Below, piece by piece: positions 37,549 to 46,962 of a stretch of DNA of 64,000 nt. Positions within the stretch are counted from its first letter, which is position 1. The number at the start of each line of letters is the position of its first letter. The notes under the pieces were generated by a model. That model did no database searches. It was not told the DNA's origin and saw only the letters and a program-made list of their open reading frames with translations. The translations under genes were made by a program, and so were the position numbers. Source of the DNA: an uncultured bacterium (GTDB lineage Bacteria; Patescibacteriota; Minisyncoccia; UBA6257; 2-01-FULL-56-20); contig CAWJQC010000007.1 in NCBI GenBank assembly GCA_963844965.1, positions 160,001 to 224,000 of the forward strand, written 5' to 3'.

Positions 37549-38274
37549 TCAGTATAAGCCCTTCGTTCTGAGGTGAGTGATTATCTTTTTGGCGATGACC
37601 ATCGGCAGTTCCCTCCGCCACATTATGCGCGTGTCCGTTCGCGGAAAAAGTTTCCAGATAGCCGTACCTTCTTTGGGATTGCCCTTGTCGTCTATTTCAA
37701 TCCTGAAATCCTGGAGTTTGAGTTCGTTTATCAGCCAATCGGCTGTGGGACGATATTCCAGGTGGGGGCCGAATTGCAGGTCTCCGTCCTTCATTCCAAT
37801 GATAGGTGACCTCGCGAAACCGCTGCACCACTGATTGACAATGGCCCTCTGCAGTTTTTCCTGGTTGTGGATTTTCGTGGAAGACCACAAAATTATGATG
37901 TCGTTCTTGTACCTTTCGCCCACGTAATAGCCGGCCGGCCATTTGCATCCCAAACCGATAGCGAAGCAGGTGCCATTGAACCTGACGACGCTGAAATATT
38001 CGTAACGCATGTAGGCCGTGCGCGAGTTGCAGTCGCCGGGCCGGGTATCGTCGGCGATTCTTGAAAACGCGCCGTCGTAGCTCCAATGATCTCCCGGGTC
38101 TTCCTTGGGAAAGAAAACCCTCGCCAATTCATTTTCGGTGAGAAGTTTGTAAACTTCCTCCACCACTTCTTCTCCGTAGAGGCCGCGTTGATTTGTAGCC
38201 CTGAGCGCGGCATCAATGTGCCTCACAAGAACTCCCCGAAGTTTCCACTTGAATTCCCGTATGTTCTGAAACAC
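37549..38274 (-). CDS. hypothetical protein (241 aa)
   Basis: ORF with a strong downstream terminator (GACCCACGCAGTGCGTGAGTC plus T8 on the minus strand); no family recognised. Confidence 0.45.
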   Translation of the reverse strand: MFQNIREFKWKLRGVLVRHIDAALRATNQRGLYGEEVVEEVYKLLTENELARVFFPKEDPGDHWSYDGAFSRIADDTRPGDCNSRTAYMRYEYFSVVRFNGTCFAIGLGCKWPAGYYVGERYKNDIIILWSSTKIHNQEKLQRAIVNQWCSGFARSPIIGMKDGDLQFGPHLEYRPTADWLINELKLQDFRIEIDDKGNPKEGTAIWKLFPRTDTRIMWRRELPMVIAKKIITHLRTKGLY

Positions 38275-38360
38275 TGTCCACCTCCTGCGTTTCTATATAA
38301 CTGGTTAGTGCCACCTTGGATTGTAGTCGCCGAAACCACCGTCGTCAAGTTTTTAGGCGC

Positions 38361-38390
38361 CGTTTTCCTTTCCCGAAAAATGGGGTTAAA
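38361..38390 (+). promoter_or_regulatory. conserved 30-nt upstream element CCGTTTTCCTTTCCCGAAAAATGGGGTTAA; second copy at 40009-40038 upstream of eno
   Basis: 30/30 identity between the two sites, each ~20 nt upstream of a start codon; followed by TATACT 4 nt before the ATG. Confidence 0.5.
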
Positions 38391-38409
38391 ATTTTTTTGC
38401 TATACTTGA

Positions 38410-39168
38410 ATGATGGCTACAAATATCAACCCCGTTCTTGAGGTGCGTGAACTGCGGAGATTGTACGGCGAAACGGTTGCCGTGAACGATATTTCGTTTG
38501 CGGTGTACCCGAACGAGATTGTCGGTCTTCTCGGACCGAATGGCGCGGGAAAAACGACGACTATCAATATGATTCTCGGAGTTTTGGAACCCACCGGGGG
38601 TTCCATCCGGATAAAAGGAAAAGATATCGCAAAGAAGCACAGCGAGGTGCTCTCGCGTACCAATTTCGCGGCGGTCTACGCGCAAGTTCCCGGCAATCTG
38701 ACGGTCTTTCAGAATCTCCATATATTCGGGCTGATGTACGGCGTGCCGGATTTGCGCAACCGCATCGAGGAATGCCTCGGAAATTTTGACCTTAAGGATT
38801 TCAGGAATACCAAATGCGGCGTGCTTTCCTCGGGCGAGCAAACGAGGGTGGGTTTGGCGAAGGCGATGCTCAATAATCCCGACCTTCTTCTCCTTGACGA
38901 ACCGACGGCTTCGCTTGATCCCTCGAGCGCCCAGATCGTCCGCGCGAAAATTAAAGATTATGCCGCGAGCGGCGCCGGGGGAATTTTGTGGACATCCCAC
39001 AATATGCATGAAGTAGCGGACGTCTGCGACCGCGTTCTTTTTCTCTCGCACGGCAAGATTATTCTTGAAGGCGATCCCAAGATGCTTCCCGGCGAATATG
39101 GCAAAAAAGACCTTGAAGAACTTTTTATCGCGATTGCCCGCGAACCGCTCGCTTTGGAATCCGTATAA
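38410..39168 (+). CDS. ABC transporter ATP-binding protein (ABC-2 type)
   Basis: Walker A GPNGAGKTT, signature LSSGEQ, Walker B LLLLDEP. Confidence 0.85.
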   Translation: MMATNINPVLEVRELRRLYGETVAVNDISFAVYPNEIVGLLGPNGAGKTTTINMILGVLEPTGGSIRIKGKDIAKKHSEVLSRTNFAAVYAQVPGNLTVFQNLHIFGLMYGVPDLRNRIEECLGNFDLKDFRNTKCGVLSSGEQTRVGLAKAMLNNPDLLLLDEPTASLDPSSAQIVRAKIKDYAASGAGGILWTSHNMHEVADVCDRVLFLSHGKIILEGDPKMLPGEYGKKDLEELFIAIAREPLALESV

Positions 39169-39177
39169 TAATTTTAC

Positions 39178-39981
39178 ATGAGCATAAAACGCATTTACGC
39201 AATATTCCTCCGCCAAATTTATCTCATTCGCGGCAACGGCACGCGCTTCATTCAGATATTTATTTGGATTACCGTAGACATCACGCTGTGGGGCTTCATC
39301 AGTAAATACCTTACCGGAATAGCCGGCTCCGGGTTCAGTTTTGTGCCCATCTTGTTGGGTGCGGTCCTCCTGTGGGATTTTCTGATTCAAGTTATGCAAG
39401 GCATCACCATGTCATTCTTTGAAGATGTGTGGTCCCGCAATTTTTTGAACATTTTTGCGTCACCGCTGAGGATATCCGAGTATATTGCCGGCCTCGTGCT
39501 TACGGGAATTATGAGAAGCATACTGGCCCTCGTTGTCATGCTTATGTTTGCGACTCTCGTCTTCGGGCTTTCAATTTTCATCTACGGCGTTTCTCTTGCG
39601 TTATTCCTCCTCATCCTCTTTCTTTTCGGCATCTCTTTGGGAATTTTCGGCATCAGCATTGTGCTCCGGCTTGGACCATCGGCCGAGTGGTTCGTCTGGC
39701 CTATTCCTGCCCTGCTTTCCCCGTTTGTGGGAGTGTTTTACCCCTTGACGACGCTGCCTCAGTGGATGCAATACGTCGGGCAGCTTCTCCCGCCTTCATA
39801 TGTTTTTGCGGGCATCCGCAGCATCATTAACGGCGGAGGGTTTTCTCTTCCCACGCTCATCTGGGGAATTATTCTTTCCATATTTTATATTATTCTTGCG
39901 TATAGTGTTTTTACGGCGATTTACCGAAAAGCGATGCGTACCGGTCTTATCGCTCGCTACAGCGCGGAGAATGTAAGTTGA
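39178..39981 (+). CDS. ABC-2 family transporter permease
   Basis: 6-TM hydrophobic protein directly downstream of the ATPase. Confidence 0.7.
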   Translation: MSIKRIYAIFLRQIYLIRGNGTRFIQIFIWITVDITLWGFISKYLTGIAGSGFSFVPILLGAVLLWDFLIQVMQGITMSFFEDVWSRNFLNIFASPLRISEYIAGLVLTGIMRSILALVVMLMFATLVFGLSIFIYGVSLALFLLILFLFGISLGIFGISIVLRLGPSAEWFVWPIPALLSPFVGVFYPLTTLPQWMQYVGQLLPPSYVFAGIRSIINGGGFSLPTLIWGIILSIFYIILAYSVFTAIYRKAMRTGLIARYSAENVS

Positions 39982-40008
39982 CGCTATCAAAATGCAATTT
40001 CTCTAGCT

Positions 40009-40038
40009 CCGTTTTCCTTTCCCGAAAAATGGGGTTAA
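40009..40038 (+). promoter_or_regulatory. second copy of the CCGTTTTCCTTTCCCGAAAAATGGGGTTAA element, upstream of eno
   Basis: identical 30-mer. Confidence 0.5.
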
Positions 40039-40047
40039 TATTATTGT

Positions 40048-41226
40048 ATGACATACAAAATGATGTTAACCGCTCGTCAGATTCTTGATTCGCGCGGGGA
40101 ACGGACGATAGAAGTTCAACTGGTAACTGGTAACCGGAAATTGGTAACTGGTTCTGTGCCGCAGGGGAAGAGCAAGGGTTCTTTTGAGGCGCATTACGTT
40201 CCGCCGGAGGTTGCCGTGCGGAATGTGGAGAAAATTATCGCGCCGAAGCTTAAAAATTTTGACGTTACGCGCCAGCGCGACATTGATTCATTTTTGATAA
40301 GGTTGGACGGCACGCCGATGAAATCCCGCCTCGGGGCGAACGCCATTTTGGGCGTTTCCATTGCTTGCGTGAAAGCCGGAGCGGCGGTTAAAAACGTGCC
40401 GCTTTGGAAATATATTGGGAAATTGCTTGGTGGCGTTCCGGCAAAAAAATCTGCAGGCCCGCGGCCATACGTCAACATGATCAACGGCGGCATGCACGCC
40501 GGAAATAATCTGCGTTTCCAGGAATATCTTGTGATTCCCAAGGCGAAAACTTTTTCGGAAGCCGTGTGGATCGCGACCGAATTGTACCAATCGCTAAAAA
40601 TTTATTTGGAAAAAACAAAAGGCAGAAGCGCGGCTAATTTGGGCGATGAAGGTGGCTTCGCGCCGGATTTCAAGGATGCGCTTGAACCCTTCGCCATATT
40701 GGAGAAAGTCGCGAAAAGCGCCGGCCTGCGCGGCAAAATTGATTTCGGACTGGATGCCGCGGCGACAGATGCCGGTTTGAACGTGAAAAAATTTTCGGAA
40801 ACCTACGCGGTGATGGCGAAGAAATTTAATTTGTTTTATTTGGAAGACCCGCTTCCCGAAAATGATTTTAAAGGATTCGCCGCTTTGCGGCAAGAGTTGC
40901 CGCGGCATCTTCTCGTCGCCGGCGATGACCTTACGGTGACAAATCTGGAACGGATGGAACTTGCGCACGATTCGGAGAGCGTGAACGCGATGATAGTGAA
41001 ACCGAATCAGATAGGCACGGTAACGGAGGCGATTGACGCCGTGCGCAAAGCGAAAGAATGGGGCTGGGCGGTTGTCGTTTCTCATAGGAGTGGTGAAACG
41101 AACGACGATTTCATCGCCGACTTCGCAGTAGGCGTTCGCGCCGACGGTTTCAAGCTCGGCGCTCCCGCCCGCGGCGAACGGATCGCGAAATATAACAGGT
41201 TGCTGGAGATCGAACGGGAATTCTGA
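40048..41226 (+). CDS. eno: enolase (phosphopyruvate hydratase); likely start at M5 (40060)
   Basis: ARQILDSRGERTIEVQL..., SHRSGETNDDFIADFAV and other enolase signature blocks. Confidence 0.9.
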   Translation: MTYKMMLTARQILDSRGERTIEVQLVTGNRKLVTGSVPQGKSKGSFEAHYVPPEVAVRNVEKIIAPKLKNFDVTRQRDIDSFLIRLDGTPMKSRLGANAILGVSIACVKAGAAVKNVPLWKYIGKLLGGVPAKKSAGPRPYVNMINGGMHAGNNLRFQEYLVIPKAKTFSEAVWIATELYQSLKIYLEKTKGRSAANLGDEGGFAPDFKDALEPFAILEKVAKSAGLRGKIDFGLDAAATDAGLNVKKFSETYAVMAKKFNLFYLEDPLPENDFKGFAALRQELPRHLLVAGDDLTVTNLERMELAHDSESVNAMIVKPNQIGTVTEAIDAVRKAKEWGWAVVVSHRSGETNDDFIADFAVGVRADGFKLGAPARGERIAKYNRLLEIEREF

Positions 41227-41289
41227 TTATCTATTAAGTTAATTTATGTTCCAATAAAAACGCCGCGCCTGTTGCGCGGCTGTTTTGTC

Positions 41290-41928
41290 TCAGAGGATAA
41301 TTTCCCATGGGTGATAATGTATTCTGCCATGGCTTTCAAGTTCAAAAATGCCGATTTGGTTTTCCAGCGGGCTCATGATGATGTGATAGCGGGAAATACG
41401 CCTGTTCTTGCGCATCCAGTCGCGCATTTCGCGGTAGTCCTCGCCGTGGCGGTGGGTTCTCTTGTAGTAGATGTTGGAACAGAGTGCTCCGTAGCCAACG
41501 GGATGTGTGTGGCCGAGCATGACCTTAAGCCCGCGTTTTTTCGCCCGTTCCAGTGATTTCGGGAGCAGAGGTCCCTCTTCCCAATGACAATCGCCGTATG
41601 AGCCGGTGATTCCGATAAGAGTTTCAAAGATGACGCCACTTGTTTCATCTATGAGGCACGTGAACGGTATTTCGCGACAGAGTTCCGCGGCCTTTATGAA
41701 AATGTGCTCCAGGGAGTTTCTGCCGCTCAAGGATTCCAGGAACGCTTCGCGGGCGATGCCTATCGGCCGCGGCCTGGTTCCGGTCCGCAATCTATCGTCG
41801 CCTCTGTAGCATGTAATGATCGCGTCTGCCATTCCGAGTTTTTTTGCGACAAGCAAAAGGTCGTGAAAATCGATCAGTTGTTTCACCGCTATCTTCCTCC
41901 CAAAAATGCTTCCGGTATTATAAGACAT
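41290..41928 (-). CDS. hypothetical protein, possibly a JAB/MPN-type metalloprotease
   Basis: weak JAMM-like pattern E...HTHPVGYGALCS; low-confidence assignment. Confidence 0.3.
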   Translation of the reverse strand: MSYNTGSIFGRKIAVKQLIDFHDLLLVAKKLGMADAIITCYRGDDRLRTGTRPRPIGIAREAFLESLSGRNSLEHIFIKAAELCREIPFTCLIDETSGVIFETLIGITGSYGDCHWEEGPLLPKSLERAKKRGLKVMLGHTHPVGYGALCSNIYYKRTHRHGEDYREMRDWMRKNRRISRYHIIMSPLENQIGIFELESHGRIHYHPWEIIL

Positions 41929-42015
41929 TTTCGTTTAAAAAGCAAGGGCCGCACTTTTGCAGATCAAAAACCGGAAGCTCGTGCCTCCGGTTCGTTCATC
42001 TTTAATTCAGGATGT

Positions 42016-42966
42016 TTATGCGAGGATTTCTCCGGCGATTTGCCTGACCCGCTCTCTGACCTCGGCTTTCTGGCTCTTTGTCCGGATTTTCGGGCCGGTG
42101 TATTTGCCGTGGAAGTCGTGGATTCGTGCGAAATAGACACTCACTATTTTTTCGGGATAGCGGGCCTTCGTCTGCCGGAAAATTTCGGAGCATTCCGTCG
42201 TGGAGGCCGGATTCCATTTTCCCTGTCGCCAGAGTGCGTGTCCGACCGAGCCCATGCGTGGAATGCAGCAGCAGAAAGCGACCTCTTTCGCCTCCATGAC
42301 TTCAAAAGCGAATTTTGCGGTTCTGAGCGCTTTGCGGATGGGGTCCAGGATGAGTGGCGGGGCGATAAGAACGTTCGCTCCGACCTGCGCGCCGTAAGAA
42401 TGCAGAAATTCCGCGAACGCGACGTAGTCCTTAAGTTCGCATCCTTTGTTGACGAGCGCGAGGTCGGCGTCGTCGGCGACTTCAAGGCCGGTGAAGATCT
42501 GCATATATGGTTTGAGTTCGGTGTGAAGGGCCTCAAGTATTTCTTCCACGCGCGTCTCAAGGAGGTTTGCGTCGTAGTCGTCAAACGCTCCATGGTGCCT
42601 CGCTCGTATCATTATCTCCAGTTCGCTTCCCAGCTTTTTCGCGTTGACGACCGTTGCGCGGCATTGCGTATGAAGTTCAAGGCCGTTGGATTCCACGAAA
42701 CGGTAGATGTGCTGCCGCAGGCGCCTCGGGATTTCCACGAACCAGCTGCCGTTGGTTTCAACCAGAATTTTGCCGGCTTTTAGAATATCCCCATAGTTCT
42801 TCCTGTCGTTTACGAACTTGTTGAAATGCCGGATCATCTGTTCGGCGGAGAGCGGCACGGGCGATACGCAACTTTTCATCAGGTGGAAGCCGCAGAAACT
42901 GCAGCCGCCGTTGTTGTAGACGTGATGGCAGATGTTGTAAGAATACGGATAGTATCTGTGACTCAT
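42016..42966 (-). CDS. hypothetical Fe-S protein, possibly radical-SAM-like with a non-canonical Cx8Cx2C cluster motif
   Basis: CHHVYNNGGCSFCGF near the N-terminus; family not firmly recognised. Confidence 0.3.
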   Translation of the reverse strand: MSHRYYPYSYNICHHVYNNGGCSFCGFHLMKSCVSPVPLSAEQMIRHFNKFVNDRKNYGDILKAGKILVETNGSWFVEIPRRLRQHIYRFVESNGLELHTQCRATVVNAKKLGSELEIMIRARHHGAFDDYDANLLETRVEEILEALHTELKPYMQIFTGLEVADDADLALVNKGCELKDYVAFAEFLHSYGAQVGANVLIAPPLILDPIRKALRTAKFAFEVMEAKEVAFCCCIPRMGSVGHALWRQGKWNPASTTECSEIFRQTKARYPEKIVSVYFARIHDFHGKYTGPKIRTKSQKAEVRERVRQIAGEILA

Positions 42967-43096
42967 TTCGTGACATCTCCGAATCGGATTGTTTTGAGCT
43001 AATCATAGGGTAGTGCATCGGCGCCCGGCCGTCAATATAGGAGATGTGACAGGCGCGGTATTTTCCTTGTTCCGAGTTAATGATAAACTGGAACAA

Positions 43097-44416
43097 ATGG
43101 CAAAAAGAAAAATCTATCTTGACCACGCCGCGACAACGCTGATGGACCCGCGCGTTTTGCGCGCGATGATGCTGTATTTTTCGGAGGAGTTCGGCAATCC
43201 GTCAAATTTGTACGGGCTCGGGCTCAGGGCGAAAAAAGCTGTCGCTGAGGCAACGCGGAGAATAACGGACGTCCTGAACTGCGCGCCGGATGAGTTCGTT
43301 TTTACCGGTTCGGCGACGGAGGCGGATAATCTGGCGATTGCCGGCACGGCGCGGGCGAACCGTAAGGCCGGGAATAAAATTATTATTTCTAACATAGAAC
43401 ACAAGGCGGTTCTTTCAACCTGTGAGGCGCTCAAAAAAGAGGGCTTTGAAATCGTGGAATTGCCTGCCCACAAAGACGGGCTCGTCCGCCCCGCCGAGTT
43501 GCGTAAACTTCTGGACAACAAAACGACTCTGGTCTCGGTGATGTATGCTAATAATGAAATCGGTACGATACAGCCCATTTCTAAAATTTCGGAAATTATC
43601 AGAAATTTTAGAAATGGAATTTCTAATTCCCAATTTCTAATTTCTAAAAAAGATTCCAATTACCCAATTACCAATTACCAATTACCGCTATTCCACACGG
43701 ATGCGGTGCAAGCACTGCAGTTTTTGGATTGTGACGTAAACAAGCTTGGCGTGGACTTGCTCACGATTTCCTCGCACAAGATTTATGGGCCGAAGGGCGT
43801 CGGCGGCTTGTACGTGCGGCGCGGCGTTGCGATCCAACCCATAATTTACGGCGGCGGACAGCAGCGCGGTCTGCGTCCGGGAACGGAAAACGTGCCGGCC
43901 ATCGTCGGCTTCGGCGAAGCGGTGAGGTTAGCGACAAGTAAAAAGCGACACGAAACAAGTAGAGTTAAAAAACTGCGGGACAAGCTGGAGAAGGGGATCC
44001 TCAGGTCAATTCCGAAGGTTGTCCTGAACGGCCACCCGACAAAGCGCCTGCCGAATTTTTTGAACGTTTCCATTTTGGACATTGAGGGCGAGGCGCTGCT
44101 TCTTTGTCTAGATGAGAAAGGAATCTTTGTTAACACCGGCTCGGCGTGCAATTCGGAAAGCTTGGAGCCGTCTCATGTTTTGACCGCGCTTGGAAATCCA
44201 TACGAATATATTCACGGGAGCATCCGCTTCACGCTCGGCAGGGGGACGACCTCCCGCGATATTGACTACGTTCTCCGCGAACTGCCGCCCATTGTGGCAA
44301 AATTGCGAAAAATATCGCCCCTTGATCTCAAACTTGGCGCGAAGAAAAAAATATCCGAGCCCAAGGCCTTCGTCGGCGGCCAAACGCCGCATTTTCTGCG
44401 GAAAAAACATGGATGA
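43097..44416 (+). CDS. nifS: cysteine desulfurase (NifS/IscS family) with an in-frame low-complexity insertion encoded by tandem repeats
   Basis: PLP-binding [25 protein letters not shown]; ~20-aa insertion [27 protein letters not shown] relative to IscS. Confidence 0.85.
   Translation: MAKRKIYLDHAATTLMDPRVLRAMMLYFSEEFGNPSNLYGLGLRAKKAVAEATRRITDVLNCAPDEFVFTGSATEADNLAIAGTARANRKAGNKIIISNIEHKAVLSTCEALKKEGFEIVELPAHKDGLVRPAELRKLLDNKTTLVSVMYANNEIGTIQPISKISEIIRNFRNGISNSQFLISKKDSNYPITNYQLPLFHTDAVQALQFLDCDVNKLGVDLLTISSHKIYGPKGVGGLYVRRGVAIQPIIYGGGQQRGLRPGTENVPAIVGFGEAVRLATSKKRHETSRVKKLRDKLEKGILRSIPKVVLNGHPTKRLPNFLNVSILDIEGEALLLCLDEKGIFVNTGSACNSESLEPSHVLTALGNPYEYIHGSIRFTLGRGTTSRDIDYVLRELPPIVAKLRKISPLDLKLGAKKKISEPKAFVGGQTPHFLRKKHG
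43590..43680 (+). repeat. in-frame mini/microsatellite inside nifS: AATTTCTAA units and CAATTAC x4
   Basis: tandem units read directly; reading frame maintained. Confidence 0.6.
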
Positions 44417-44909
44417 ATTTCAGATAAGCAATAGCAAAATAATTCTTGTTCTCGGCAATATCACTAAAATTAAGGCCGATGCTATAGTTAACGCAGCGAA
44501 CAATTCCCTGATGGGTGGTGGCGGAGTGGACGGGGCGATACACAGAGCGGCAGGACCGGAGTTGGACGAAGAATGCAGGAAGCTCGGAGGATGTGCGGCC
44601 GGTGAAGCGAAAATAACGAAAGGATACGCTTTGCCGGCAAGGCATATAATCCACACGGTGGGACCGGTTTGGCGGGGCGGCAAAGAGAAAGAGGAGGAAA
44701 TTCTTGCGAGCTGTTACCGCAATTGCCTCGCGCTCGCGGCGGAGAACGGCATAAAATCTATCGCGTTTTCCTCAATTTCCACCGGAGCTTACGGTTTTCC
44801 AATCGAAAAGGCCGCGCCGATCGCTGTTCGTGAGGCGTCTAATTTTCTAAAAAATAGCGAAGTGCCTTCATCAGTAATTTTTGTTTTATTTTCGGATAAA
44901 GATTCTTGA
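44409..44909 (+). CDS. macro-domain protein (O-acetyl-ADP-ribose deacetylase, YmdB-like); start overlaps the nifS stop
   Basis: [23 protein letters not shown] and [14 protein letters not shown] motifs. Confidence 0.8.
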   Translation: MDEFQISNSKIILVLGNITKIKADAIVNAANNSLMGGGGVDGAIHRAAGPELDEECRKLGGCAAGEAKITKGYALPARHIIHTVGPVWRGGKEKEEEILASCYRNCLALAAENGIKSIAFSSISTGAYGFPIEKAAPIAVREASNFLKNSEVPSSVIFVLFSDKDS

Positions 44910-44930
44910 AAATTTACGAGCGTTGCCTCG

Positions 44931-45635
44931 GTGCTTTGTAGTAAAATAATAGTTATGCAAACCAAGACAAAAAAGCGTAAATCCAAGCCGGACGTCGTGA
45001 ACAAATTCACCGGCGGGAGCTGGGCGTATTCAAAAACGGTGCGCGACCATTTTTTCAGTCCCCGCAATCTGCTATTGGAGAAGCCGGGGCGGGGGAAATT
45101 TGACGCGGAAGGGATTGTCGGCTCGCCGGCCTGCGGCGACGTGATGCGCGTCTGGCTCAAAATTGACCGGAAGACCGACCGCATCAAGGAATTTAAGTGG
45201 CGGACATTTGGCTGCGCTTCGGCCATCGCCGCGACTTCCATGCTCTCGGTAATGGTGACTGAAAAAGGCAGAATGAAAGTTAACAAAGCGCTGAAAATCA
45301 AGCCGCATGACATAATGAAACGCCTCGGAGGACTGCCGGACAGAAAAATTCATTGCTCCGTCTTGGGCGATAAGGCGCTCCGTTCGGCGATAAATAATTG
45401 GTTCAAGAAAACCGGACAGGTTTCGCGAATCATAATTGAGGGCTCGCGCGTTTTGGACCCGAATACCAAGACGACGGAAGCGGACATTGAAGAAGCCGTT
45501 TTGGACGGTGCAACGACGCTTGAAGCGGTGCAGAAAATGACCAAGGTCGGCATCGGCTACCCGAAATGCGTTCCGGAAGTTGAAGAATTGATTAGATTTT
45601 ACAGGGAAAAATATTTCGGGCCGGATAAGAAATGA
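44931..45635 (+). CDS. nifU: NifU-like Fe-S cluster scaffold (IscU/NifU N-domain plus BFD-like [2Fe-2S] domain)
   Basis: GSPACGDVMRVWLKI...FGCASAIA scaffold cysteines; C-terminal BFD-like CxxC region. Confidence 0.75.
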   Translation: MLCSKIIVMQTKTKKRKSKPDVVNKFTGGSWAYSKTVRDHFFSPRNLLLEKPGRGKFDAEGIVGSPACGDVMRVWLKIDRKTDRIKEFKWRTFGCASAIAATSMLSVMVTEKGRMKVNKALKIKPHDIMKRLGGLPDRKIHCSVLGDKALRSAINNWFKKTGQVSRIIIEGSRVLDPNTKTTEADIEEAVLDGATTLEAVQKMTKVGIGYPKCVPEVEELIRFYREKYFGPDKK

Positions 45636-45676
45636 AAAAAGAGCGTAAAAATAAAATATAATTAGATAGCAAGTCA

Positions 45677-46342
45677 ATGCTCGGCGGAAACGATAAAGAT
45701 AATAAAATCAAGGCGGCGGTTTTTGATATTGACGGGACGCTGTCGCCGGACATTTCCTGGACAAAAGTCACTTTGCAACTGGGATTGCGAGTATCACACC
45801 ATTTGGAGATTTATGAAAAATTTAGAAGTGGAGCCATGAGTTACGATGAGGGGAGAAAAGCAATCTTATCACTTTGGACTTCGCTCGGGCCATTGAGCAA
45901 ATCCAGGCTCACGGAAATATTTGAGAATTGGGAACTCAGAAAGGGTGCGGTTCCTATTTTTCAGTATCTAAAATCAAAGGGCTATATCACTTGTCTCATA
46001 AGCGGTTCAGTTGATTTGTTCGCGGAGGTTGTGGCCAAGAAGGTCGGCGCCGACTTTTGGTACGCGAACACCAGCTTGATCTGGGATGATAAGGGCAACT
46101 TGGTTGATATGATTTACGAGAGGAACGCTTCCTGGAAAAAACTGGAACAGCTCAAAGAATTTTGCGCGTCAAATTCCCTGAAGCTTGACGAGTGTGCGAT
46201 AGTCGGCGATGACAGCAACGATATTGAAGTGTTCAAGGCGACGGGAAAGGGGATCGCGGTGGAGTCGCCGACCTCGGAGGCGGTGGAGCCTTATGCCTGG
46301 CGGATGGCTGATGACTTGGAAGAAATAAAAAATATTTTATAG
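45677..46342 (+). CDS. HAD-IB family hydrolase (phosphoserine phosphatase-like)
   Basis: DIDGTL motif I, conserved S/T, K, DD motifs. Confidence 0.65.
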   Translation: MLGGNDKDNKIKAAVFDIDGTLSPDISWTKVTLQLGLRVSHHLEIYEKFRSGAMSYDEGRKAILSLWTSLGPLSKSRLTEIFENWELRKGAVPIFQYLKSKGYITCLISGSVDLFAEVVAKKVGADFWYANTSLIWDDKGNLVDMIYERNASWKKLEQLKEFCASNSLKLDECAIVGDDSNDIEVFKATGKGIAVESPTSEAVEPYAWRMADDLEEIKNIL

Positions 46343-46349
46343 AACACAG

Positions 46350-46577
46350 ATGGCTATTCGCAGAAAGAGAATAGAAACAGTGCTTCAAAGAGTCCGTCCG
46401 TATATCCAAATGCACGGTGGAGACGTGCTTTTGGTTGAAGCGAAAAGAGGTACTGTGAAACTGAAAGTATACGGCGCCTGCGTCGGTTGCCCGCTTGCGG
46501 ATTTGACCTATAATAAAATGTTAGGGGAACTTTTGAAGGAAGAGATACCTGAAATAAAAAAAGTCGAAATAATTTAG
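46350..46577 (+). CDS. NifU C-terminal-domain (Nfu-type) Fe-S cluster carrier protein
   Basis: GACVGCP CxxC motif in a ~75-aa Nfu-fold protein. Confidence 0.7.
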   Translation: MAIRRKRIETVLQRVRPYIQMHGGDVLLVEAKRGTVKLKVYGACVGCPLADLTYNKMLGELLKEEIPEIKKVEII

Positions 46578-46616
46578 AAAGAAAATAGAAATTAGAAAAT
46601 AGAAAATAGAATAAAA

Positions 46617-46877
46617 ATGGCCAATACCAAAGAATACCCTCGGAGCAGGCCCGGTTCCAAAATAGGGAAGATAGTCATTGACCGCGACCTTTGTATCGGC
46701 GCGGCTTCCTGTATCGCCGTTTCCGCCGAGACCTATGAATTGGACGGCGAGAATAAAGCCGTGGTGAAGGGCGCTGACGCCGTTGATGACGATGTGGTCA
46801 TCATGTCAGCCGAATCCTGTCCTGTGAAAGCGATTTTGCTTTACGACAAGGACGGAAAGCAGATCTTTCCCAAATAA
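46617..46877 (+). CDS. ferredoxin (single [4Fe-4S]/[3Fe-4S] cluster type)
   Basis: IDRDLCIGAASC...ESCP cysteine pattern. Confidence 0.65.
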   Translation: MANTKEYPRSRPGSKIGKIVIDRDLCIGAASCIAVSAETYELDGENKAVVKGADAVDDDVVIMSAESCPVKAILLYDKDGKQIFPK

Positions 46878-46879
46878 AC

Positions 46880-46960
46880 GAATTATCCAATTAACGGATT
46901 AACGCATTAACGAATTTAATCCGTTAATTCGCAATTCGTTAATAAATAATCGAGCAATCT
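46880..46960. repeat. TTAACG-family palindromic repeat (CCAATTAACGGATTAACGCATTAACGAATTTAATCCGTTAATTCGCAATTCGTTAATAAATAAT)
   Basis: same family and terminal 14-mer as 4330-4420. Confidence 0.6.
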
Positions 46961-46962
46961 TT

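Noticed and set aside
41704-42783. 359-aa plus-strand ORF
   Set aside because: It overlaps two well-formed minus-strand genes (41290-41928, 42016-42966), is GC-rich-frame read-through with no homology, and is spurious.
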